Of a DNA stretch of 64,000 bases, positions 37,019 to 46,360 are shown piece after piece. This DNA is from Spongospora subterranea f. sp. subterranea (taxonomy: Eukaryota), in contig JAUGWO010000008.1 of the NCBI GenBank assembly GCA_049724395.1, positions 62,001 to 126,000 of the forward strand. The letters run 5' to 3'. The notes under the pieces are model-generated. The model saw only the letters and a program-made list of their open reading frames with translations. It ran no database searches and was not told the DNA's origin. The position numbers and the translations under genes were made by a program. Every line of letters begins with the position of its first letter. Position 1 is the first letter of the stretch.

Positions 37019-37928
37019 GTGATACAGATAATAGTCAGATGATCAGTGATACACCGAGCGACTCTGTCCGTGACGGAGAATATCAGGTTTTTTCTTTTTT
37101 TTTGGTTGATTTCGAGTTCCGCTTGGACTTTTTTTTGAAAGAATCCATGAAAGAACCGACGCAGAAATATGAAATTGGGCAACGCGCTGCGTGTTTGTTA
37201 GCAATGGTTCCACAATGCTGAACGCGATTGGTCGGCGACCAGCTTTGAAAAAAATACAGTCTGGATGTGTTTCTCGCTAAGTTCACCTAGTGGAAGGGCT
37301 GTGAATTTAACTGATCGTCAAGGAGTAGCATTACATTGCTATTGACTGGGAATTTCACTGTTTCAACTGATCCAAGTTTTAGCTTCTTCTGCAAGGAAGC
37401 TGAGTCATAGAAACCAAATACGGTTCGATAAGAGTTTCAAATTGCCATCGTCCAGCCGAAATATTGGCATCAGCCGCCATCAAGGCCGAGGATAACGATG
37501 GCTGCACGAACATCAGCACCACTGAGATGACCGACGATGAAGTCGATATCGCACTAGCCACAGATAAGCGACAACATGAATCATGACAATCTGCCCAAAT
37601 AAAATACGTGTCGGCCATGGCGATTGGCGAGTTCCCAGGTTGGCGAAATGGATTCCAATTTCCGATATTGGGCGATGGTATCGGTACAGGTTGAGTACGA
37701 AACCGAATCAACCTTCCAGTGCCCTTAAGGGAACCGAGTCCAATTCTCTTAAAATTAGAGAAGTGGCTTGTTAGGACAAGGACGGAGGCAAGGGACTAGG
37801 GTAGGAAAGAGACGAAGGCTATGTGTATTAGCGACTAATAATACGATCTGATTCCCTTCTGGTAACTTGTCTTCGGGAATCAGATCGTCTGATGTGGGTC
37901 ACTGTATAGATATTACCTAGAGTTGGGT

Positions 37929-37982
37929 CATGACATGTGGGGCCCTAACATGTGGGGCCCTGACATGTGGGGCCCTGACATG
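37929..37982 (+). repeat. 15-bp tandem repeat x3.5 (TGACATGTGGGGCCC)
   Basis: Directly visible. Confidence 0.9.
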
Positions 37983-38155
37983 GCTCGGGTTTGCCATCTT
38001 GTCAGCTGTTCAACAGCGGACAAGGCCTTACGAACCATACTGTCCAACATCCACAGATCCACTCGTCGGTGCTGACCACGACAAGAAGATGAAAAACCCA
38101 GTTCGCAACCAGAATTTTTCGAAGGCGACAGGGAGGATCCGCTTTTCCTCAGAGT

Positions 38156-39794
38156 TCAAGCTAATGATGAAGATAGTCGACGATTCATGACGGTTTGATG
38201 CCGATGCGGCTCAACTGCACTTGTAGGTACCATCGACGTCAATAGCCCAACAGCAGACTCAGGTGATATGTCCATGGACATCTCCGTCACCAAGGGAAGC
38301 CCTCGAACCAATGGGAATCGCTCGCAATAAGGCCACATTGAAGCAGCGGGTCTTCCTAGTTCATCTTCATCCATTGCCCAGCAAAAAACTTTTAGATACC
38401 GCTGAATATAATACTCGATGTTCTTATCCAAGATAGGGTGAAATCAGTGGTCCCATCACCTTGCGTCTTCTCGTAGCCATCTGCGTTGGTGCTGACTTTC
38501 GATGGTTGATGATTCCAAACTCTTTTTTTAAGCATATCTACATTTGTTTTGAAAAACCAATTGAAATAGCTATTTATCAATGGCCCTAGATGTTTTTGTG
38601 CAGTTGGATATGCCCACTGGTGTTATGTGGTATGGAAATGTCAAACAAAACGGACTTGTATTGAACTATTGATACATTGCGTTCTCGTACTGTGACCGAT
38701 CTTGGAGCCAATTTTTGGCTTTTATTTTGATCGACCTGCGCCACTCGGCTTTGAGGCAACGGTACGATCATGTGTCGGGGTCTTGTTTGTTTTCCCACCG
38801 GAAGAACGAACCCGCAAATGGATAGCAACAGCTAAAAACAGCGTTAAAACCTATGAAGATTCTCATTGCCTGATCACATTTGAGTGCACTCTTTAACATT
38901 ACCCTACTGAAAATTTCAAAACCCTCAAGCATGAGGCCAACAGAATAGCTTGGAGCCTGAACCAACGCCAAAAGAGAAGCAAAGAATTCCCACGTGTACG
39001 TGAAGACGACCAGCCACAATATTCGGATCCGCTTCTTGTCGTGCTGAGAACTCGCTTTCCAATATTTGGCAACCGTGTAGAACCCAAGGACCAACATATA
39101 GCATTTTACTCCATAGACAGGAACCATAACAACATATGTCTTCAACCTAAAGTTGTCCTCACTGAACTCAGTAATTGCCAGCAATCATGTACCATCAAAA
39201 CCGATCGCTGCTGGCCATTTTACAATTCTCAAACTGAAACTCGTTTTTAAAACGAACTGAAACATTCGCTAGTGTTGGTACATATCTATAACTTACCCGA
39301 TGACCACTGAGCAGCCAAATTGAGCAGGAGCAACGCGATTGAACAAACAAAGGGCAATGAAATTATGATACGCCATGAGGCAATTGAGGGCGACCAAAAT
39401 ATGGAACAGCAGACCATAAAACTTCTTGTCGGTTTGATAGAATATCGCGGTACGGAAATGAAACAAGTTGAACTCGCTGACCTAATTCAACAATGTCAGT
39501 TCAGGTCTGGATAGCAACAACCGGGGCGGAATAACTGACGAAATAAGCGGTGTCGAGGAGGGTAAGTGCACATGCCTCAGGAAATGCAACAATCAGAACA
39601 CGAACAGCCAACGTGATCGCGGCAAATATCATGTTCAGGGCGGATACATTGAACCCGAAGGAGGTTTTTGGCGCGTGGGAATAGCGGGTGATGACGTAGA
39701 TGGCGATGGCGAATAAGGCAACGGAGCTCTGGACGTTCCCGTACCAGTAAACCCAATCGTCAGCGTAAAGCGTTCCGTCCTCGTCGGCCTTCAT
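38156..39794 (-). CDS. Multi-pass membrane protein (7TM/GPCR-like layout), multi-exon
   Basis: Six to seven hydrophobic stretches across exons joined by GT-AG introns (e.g. FEIFSR|VLTLFLAVAIHLR), followed by a hydrophilic tail; family not recognised. Confidence 0.6.
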
Positions 39795-40081
39795 CGCAAC
39801 ACGATCGCGGTTGCAGAATATATTTCAAGTAAGTGATGTTGTAGGTGAAATCGAGATTGAAGTATGATGCTCCTTCCTGTCAAATATTGATCATGTTGTA
39901 CGCTGGTCCGATTGTATCCTGATCGTCATGTGATCAGATCACGTGATTCCAGTTCAAATGCCACCTTAAACCTCCCGAAATATCCCGATATCGCACGATC
40001 CTGAGCTGGTTTCTCAGCCGATCCCATTAATAACAGAAACTTGGTACGCTCTATATAAATGCCAATTCGTTGGTTATTTTT

Positions 40082-40205
40082 GTTTCGCCACGAGATAACA
40101 ATCATCTACCTAGATATACTCTATTCATTTACACTAAATTTCTTGCCGACAGAGAATAGCTGGCTGTGCTGATGCTGCCACAATACGTGTGGGTTTGATC
40201 ATTGT
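40082..40205 (+). ncRNA. Candidate divergent U6-like snRNA or U6 pseudogene
   Basis: Preceded by GATCCCATTA...TATATAA at the U2 promoter spacing; contains ACAGAGA, AGC and a 3' segment complementary to the U2 5' end; internal spacing non-canonical. Confidence 0.4.
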
Positions 40206-40216
40206 TCATATAAATA

Positions 40217-40288
40217 TCCGATATAGTATAGGGGTCAGTATATGCGTCTTTCACATGCAAGACCGGGGTTCGAGTCCCCGTATCGGAA
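40217..40288 (+). tRNA. tRNA-Glu(UUC)
   Basis: Identical copy followed by a T run. Confidence 0.96.
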
Positions 40289-40986
40289 CTCTTTTTAATT
40301 AGCGCTCCAGATATTCTTCTTGCAATCCGGTTCAACAACTTTTCATGGAATGTGTTAACGCATTTATCAATGTTTAACTTGATTTTGTCCTTTTCGGATC
40401 TTTCGGCAAGTCGGCAAAATATTCAGTGATATCTCGTTGATGAACCATTCAAACTCCGACGCCCCCACACCTTTTGATGCAGTCGTCTCAGTGATAAACC
40501 TAACCTTCTTTCTTTGTGGACATTGCATAATCGCTCAGTTCTGCTCTTCTGAAACTCAATTTTCCGGTGCATCAAAGTTTTCCGTCCTAATTCTCTCTGA
40601 GCATACATGACGTCACCCCAACTGATAACATTCACTGCAGCAATCGATGTTGCTTTTGGTTTTTCGGTAAGCGGTCATGGGAATAGACCAATTTCACACG
40701 GCGCCGCTGCCCAATATCATCAAGAGCTCCATGCCTGAATTCGCAATTTTCCTCAAAAGAGGAATATGAATCATCATAACCTAAGGAAGTCTTTTGATTT
40801 CAATCAGCCCTTATGACGGTATTGTACAACAGTACTCCCTTCAGGCGAGTTAAGTTCAGGAGAACGTATCCCCTGTTAATACATGTAAGGCAAGGACGCC
40901 CCAATACCAATCATGGCCACATTCGAATCGAGAAACGAACTCCTTTTTAGTCTATCAGTATTTTGTCAAAGGGCAATAAGTATTCT

Positions 40987-41826
40987 TCAACGAATAGCTG
41001 ATAATTCTCTGGCACGATTTGTGGCGGCGACAACGGCTTTACTGGCGGCACTGCGAAAGGCGCTTTCTTCTAACGACATCAAACCTGCAATTGTGGTACC
41101 GGCAGGACTTGCCACTGAATCTTTCAACTGACCAGGATGACGACCTGTCTCTAGAACCATTTTGGCAGCCCCCATTACAGTTTGTGCCGACAACAGCAAT
41201 GCTGATTCGCGCGTTAAACCGCATGCGACGCCACCGTCGGCTAATGCATCAATGAATGTAAAGACGTAAGCCGGTCCTGATCCGCTGAGCCCGGTGACGG
41301 CGTCCATCTTGCTTTCGTCCATCAAGACCGCTCTTCCAACAGACGACATTAGCTTCATGACCAGGTCGATATCTTCTGATCGTGTTTTGGAATGACAAGC
41401 GACGCCAGAAGCACCGGATTGTACAAGACATGGAGTATTGGGCATAACCCTAATCCTAGACCCAGCAGGAATATGATAATGCATGGTCTGTAGAGTTATT
41501 CCCGCGACAATCGACACGAACACTGATTCTGTCACTTTGTTAAACATTTGGAAAGGCTCGACAGCTGTGATAAAACCATCCGGCTTGACACAAATGAACA
41601 CATTCAAAGGATGTTGGCATTCTGGTATAAATTCTTCCAAGTTCGCTAATCTCTCGATTTCAGGGAATTTTTCTTTCAAATACCGTCGCCGGTTTTCATT
41701 GTGGTCACAAACGGTGATCTGAGCGGGACTGACTAGACCAGCATTGATAAACCCAATGATGAGCGCTGTACCCATCTGTCCTGCACCAATAAACAGGAAG
41801 CTGCGGTCCATGGCAGTCGCCGGCAT
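40987..41826 (-). CDS. PYCR: Pyrroline-5-carboxylate reductase
   Basis: FIGAGQMG, CVKP, VSIVAG, IRVMPNTP, AVTGLSGSGPAY, VASPAGTTIAG; intronless 279 aa. Confidence 0.97.
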   Translation of the reverse strand: MPATAMDRSFLFIGAGQMGTALIIGFINAGLVSPAQITVCDHNENRRRYLKEKFPEIERLANLEEFIPECQHPLNVFICVKPDGFITAVEPFQMFNKVTESVFVSIVAGITLQTMHYHIPAGSRIRVMPNTPCLVQSGASGVACHSKTRSEDIDLVMKLMSSVGRAVLMDESKMDAVTGLSGSGPAYVFTFIDALADGGVACGLTRESALLLSAQTVMGAAKMVLETGRHPGQLKDSVASPAGTTIAGLMSLEESAFRSAASKAVVAATNRARELSAIR

Positions 41827-42746
41827 GTTACTGGATGGCAGATGTTGCCGGCGGCCGGACTGGTGTTTCGCACACCGAGAGAGGTACGGGATAGGCCGTA
41901 GGTGTAGGATGCCTGACGAGGGGTTCTGTAAGGAATGGACAGCCGATCAATGGAGCTAAAGGTTGCTGACATGACATAATACATTTGGGTTTTCATTGAC
42001 ACGTATTCAATGTCGCCTTTATTTGCACAGATGTAGCTGAAGCAATATCAGGACCTGAAACATTATCGAATCGGATTTGTGACGGCGCAATCTAATATTA
42101 TTGTCAAATTGTTGACAATGACTATGGTCGGGGAGAAATGTCGAAATGGGTCGAGGGCGATCTCATTGACGAATATCGCTGTCTGATGTCAACGGGCATG
42201 TCCAGTTTTTGATATCGTGTCAAAAAGTCGATGAAACGCTGTAATGCTGGCCCCTGCGATGCCGTCCCAGCACTTCATTGTCTGTCCTCTACCGGCTTCC
42301 CATGGACGAACTAAGTTTACCTGACGCAACAATCAGGATGTCATCCCAGCAACAGAAATTTGATCTTGACGGCTGCCCCCCATCGCCAACGCCGGCGAGA
42401 CTTTGTCTATTGAATACACCCTAGCTGTGGAGCCGGACTGTGCAAAAAAGTCTGTTGAGACTCCAAATGCCTCGATTAGCGGTGGGCCGGCATCTGGTAA
42501 ATTAACCATATTATGCCCGAAACAAAGTTGGCTACGCGAAAAATTAAGTGGTGAAACAAGGAAGCCGTACCAAACTCAACTCAAAAACTTGTTGAGAAAG
42601 CGCGGCCTTTTGCTCAACACGTTATTGAGTTGAGTTTGGTGTCGGACGCTGTGACGAGCCTGTAACGCCAAACTCAACTCAATAAAGACGAAAAAAGTGC
42701 ATCCGAAATCTCTCTATTGTTACCCCCTCATCTCCAGGTAAAATAC

Positions 42747-45122
42747 TAGGGGTGGGCACATTTCGGTTAAAGTCCGGAGTTAACCGGTTAACCTACGGTC
42801 CCGGTTAACCGGTTAACGCTTTTTTTGTAACCGGTTAACCGCCCGGTTAACCGGTCAAATCTTGCAAAAATAGAAGTTGGATTTTCTGAACCCAACGCCT
42901 TATTCAGACTATGTAGGTCACCCCTAATATCGTTAAAACTTTCGTACGGCATTTTTCTGACCTCGCAATTAGCAATCGGCAATCACTAGTCAATACACAC
43001 CATTTTTCAATTAATTTTGTCTACTGTATATCTTTCAACTGCCTTGCTTCAATAATGAGTGATTCCTATTCCCTCGATCGTAGTAGCTGTTCTTCCAATT
43101 CAGATTTGGAGACTTTTGCCCACTGATGGTGCTATTACTGTTCCATCGCAAACAGTAACTTCAAAGGTTACCAACTGTGGTCGTAAGCGCAAATTATCTG
43201 CCAACTCTTCTTGGATTTGGAATTATTTTGAAAAACGCGATACTGGCATCATCTGCTCTCAGTGTCCCAGCAAAAAGCGAAAGATCTATTCTATCAGAAC
43301 CGGAAATAGCTTGTTTAAACGTCATCTTGAGGTCGCCCACAAACTCAAGCAAGATGGCAAAACAGGTGATCCCAACCAGAGTACTCTGGATGTAACTGGT
43401 AATGTGGTGGATCCTCTGGCGATGGATGATGAAAAGAAGGCGGAACTGCTGAAATCTTTGGTGGAGTTTGTTGTTGATAACAAGCAACCCTTCCGTTTGG
43501 TTGAGTCCAAGTCGTTTGCAATCTTCTGCAGCAAAATGAACCGCAGATTTATCTTGCCTAGCCGTCGTACTTTCGTGAGGTCCTTGCATGACGAATATGC
43601 AGAAGCCCTGCAAAGCTTTTTGTTACATATCGAGCGCATTCCTGGCCAAGTAGCACTCACGTTAGATGGATGGTCTTCAAGAGTCATGAAGGGGTATTTG
43701 GTTATCACAATGCACTGGATAGACGAAAGATGGCGCTTGAAAAATGCTGTATTGGAATTTAAATATTTTCCTCGTCCTCATAACCAGCATACCACAAGTG
43801 ACTTGATAATCACGATTTTGAAGGAATTTAATATCCATACAAAAGTTCGCGCGATCACGTCGGATAGTGGTGGCGAGATGGTTCCAGCCATCAAACTTGT
43901 TCACTCCTATCTCCAGCGTGAGTTGGCGTTAAATTTCTGCAGTACAATCGACTTTCATATGCGCTGTGTTTGCCATGTGATAAACCGAGCTGTTGTTGAC
44001 GCGACTGCGCTAATCAAACGTGAGGTTTCATTGCTCCGAGATCTGCTGAAGATGGTTCGAGGTTCAGGGATGATCCGTCAAAAATATGCTGATCTCAGTG
44101 TAGTGCTTGGTCGGGCAACAAAGCAAGTTGTGCCGAATCTAGATGTCGAAACTAGATGGAACTCTATGTTCTTGATGGTTGAAGATTCCTTCAAGAATAA
44201 AGACATTTTGGAGGCTATCTGCAATCAAGAGGAGTTCCTGGACAAGCTTGGGCCGTTGAAATTGTCAGACATGGATTGGCGCATTCTCAAATCCTGCAAA
44301 GATTTCCTGTCTTCGGCGTATCAGTGCACAAAGGCTGCAAGTGGTCAAAATTTCGTCACGCTTGCCATGCAGCCATTGATCTACTCGCATCTAAAAAGCC
44401 TATGTGAGTCTACCATTTCAGGCACTACAACTACAGGGTTCACAACCCCCAAAGTTAGAGCTGCGACAGAGGCGATGCTATACAAGCTTGAGAAGTATTC
44501 CGGGAACCTGAACAACAACACGGCTACCATCGCTTTGTTCTTGGATCCAAGACGAAGCAGCTCTGATGCGTCTGAGGAAACGAAGCGATTAATCCGAGAA
44601 ATCTTAGCTACTGATTATGGTTATTTGCCTGTTCAGCAGGAGGACATGGACTCAACAGCATTCAATCTGTTTGCTTCCCTGTCGGACCCACAGCAGGACG
44701 TTGTCACGGATGAAGTGGAAGACTTCTGCTTCATGACTTTGAAGGCCGATAAGTCGTGTAAATGTCCAGTCGCGTGGTGGAAGCAGCAGACTGGGCGCTT
44801 CCCGAAACTAAGCCTTCTGGCTCGTGATACTCTGATGATAATGGGGTCGTCTGTCGCTTCGGAATCAGCCTTCTCTGATTCTGGTGATTTTGTTAGTGCC
44901 GATCGCACAATGTTATCTGACGAGAACATAACGGTGATGATGAAATTACGGTCGTGGAACCGTTTGATCGGCAAGTTTGATTAAATAAATATATTTATGG
45001 AGTTTGTCGTTAAATTTTAAATTAACCGGTTAACTGTTTGGTTAACCGGTTAATTAACTGGTTAACCGGTCCGGTGTTTTTTTGGGACCGGTTAACCATT
45101 GACCGACTTGTGCCCACCCCTA
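42747..45122 (+). mobile_element. Intact hAT DNA transposon (2376 bp)
   Basis: 14-bp TIR TAGGGGTGGGCACA / TGTGCCCACCCCTA; 8-bp TSD TAAAATAC at 42739-42746 and 45123-45130; subterminal ACCGGTTAACC arrays at both ends. Confidence 0.97.
43059..44984 (+). CDS. hAT transposase with BED zinc finger
   Basis: WNYF..CSQC..HLEVAH (BED), LTLDGW, ITSDSG, RCVCH, TRWNS, SSVASESAFS (dimerisation domain); uninterrupted; true start uncertain. Confidence 0.95.
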   Translation: MIPIPSIVVAVLPIQIWRLLPTDGAITVPSQTVTSKVTNCGRKRKLSANSSWIWNYFEKRDTGIICSQCPSKKRKIYSIRTGNSLFKRHLEVAHKLKQDGKTGDPNQSTLDVTGNVVDPLAMDDEKKAELLKSLVEFVVDNKQPFRLVESKSFAIFCSKMNRRFILPSRRTFVRSLHDEYAEALQSFLLHIERIPGQVALTLDGWSSRVMKGYLVITMHWIDERWRLKNAVLEFKYFPRPHNQHTTSDLIITILKEFNIHTKVRAITSDSGGEMVPAIKLVHSYLQRELALNFCSTIDFHMRCVCHVINRAVVDATALIKREVSLLRDLLKMVRGSGMIRQKYADLSVVLGRATKQVVPNLDVETRWNSMFLMVEDSFKNKDILEAICNQEEFLDKLGPLKLSDMDWRILKSCKDFLSSAYQCTKAASGQNFVTLAMQPLIYSHLKSLCESTISGTTTTGFTTPKVRAATEAMLYKLEKYSGNLNNNTATIALFLDPRRSSSDASEETKRLIREILATDYGYLPVQQEDMDSTAFNLFASLSDPQQDVVTDEVEDFCFMTLKADKSCKCPVAWWKQQTGRFPKLSLLARDTLMIMGSSVASESAFSDSGDFVSADRTMLSDENITVMMKLRSWNRLIGKFD

Positions 45123-45421
45123 TAAAATACCGTGCCCAATACCGCGTGTACCATACCTCGACCAGCCCAAACCCTAAACTCCGTGGGGACCTGAACGCTA
45201 CGCATTGTAAAATACAATACAATTCCCACTGGGAAATTTGTAGGGTATGAGATAGGCTATCCAAACAAGAGATTTCGGAAACTGTAGCGCTAATGCCGTT
45301 ACAGTCTCACGGAGTTTAGGGTTTGGGGGAGACAAAGTTCCGTCGTTTACGGTAGCTGCAGCGCTTGTAAAAACCTGTCGCCTCGATCCGGACGTCCAGT
45401 CCGAGATGACATGTGCCTGAG

Positions 45422-45461
45422 AGGTCCCATAACATAGTGTTTAATGTTCATCTGTATATAA
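45422..45461 (+). promoter_or_regulatory. snRNA promoter (USE-like + TATA) of U2 copy 3
   Basis: GGTCCCATAA...TATATAA at the same spacing. Confidence 0.8.
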
Positions 45462-45484
45462 CATACGATGTGACCCGGTTCAGG

Positions 45485-45676
45485 TCAACCTTCTCGGCCT
45501 TTTGGCTAAGATCAAGTGTAGTATCTGTTCTAGAACTCGTGATAAAGTTCTTGTTCCCACTGGGAACACTTTCACGACTATTTTTGATACCGGTTCGTTT
45601 GTGGCTCTGGCTTGCCATCCACACGGGCGCACGTGATCTCTGCATTGCACTACAGCAGAGTGTCGCGGGTGCTCAA
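45485..45676 (+). ncRNA. U2: U2 spliceosomal snRNA (copy 3)
   Basis: Body identical to the other copies. Confidence 0.96.
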
Positions 45677-45884
45677 TAACGCAACCAAAAATTCCCACTT
45701 TTAATCAAAACGATCAGTCGGTTTGTCATCTCATGATATGCTTCAGGCTTCAGCCATCACACGATTTTAATGAAAACGCCGTACAGCAATTGACAAAACG
45801 ATCCTCCCGAGAGTAAAAGATAGCACAAAATAGGGATTTGCACTCTGGGTGTCGCGGATTTCTGGTCTTCAACCCAATAGTTCG

Positions 45885-46337
45885 AAATCCATACAAATCG
45901 GGTTTATTATTTAGGTTTCAATTCAAAAAGTGTTCCAAGACCCCACTCCAATTTTGATTGGTTGATGAGAATCAGTGTCCTGAGTTGTAGAAGGTCGTCA
46001 GCATGTCCACATCTATTGCAGCTTCCGAACGAAACTTCTACACCATAGGCTTCGTCCATTCGAAGTTGAGAAAACAGTTGGAGATCATCGACAGTGGAGA
46101 AGCTGGTCATCATCAAGAGCAACCTGTCAGCTTTCTACGATTTCTGGAGGTTGAAGACAATGACAGAGAACCATGGAGATGAGTTCGACGAGTAAACAAA
46201 GACGTCCAACTGCTCGTTTAACGGTTAATAAATCCTTTCTGAGGGTGGTTCTGTTCGAAAACTTTCTGATGGCGACCATGATAAGTCGGGGCTTCAGCCT
46301 GGCCTTTTAATCTCGCCGTCCCCGGTTTCCAGCCCTG
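45885..46337 (+). mobile_element. 3' remnant of a second hAT family (copy A)
   Basis: Highly similar to 52910-53457; encodes ...IAASERNF...; ends TTTCCAGCCCTG (TIR-like). Confidence 0.8.
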
Positions 46338-46360
46338 GTTTTTACAGACCTCACCTCTAC

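Noticed and set aside
37843..37889. Small hairpin ACGATCTGATTCCC / GGGAATCAGATCGT
   Set aside because: Single 14-bp stem with no supporting context
23731..40288. tRNA-derived SINE family
   Set aside because: Identity stops at the tRNA ends; no shared body, tail or TSD
45166..45327. Interstitial telomere
   Set aside because: Only single TTTAGGG units within an inverted repeat, not an array
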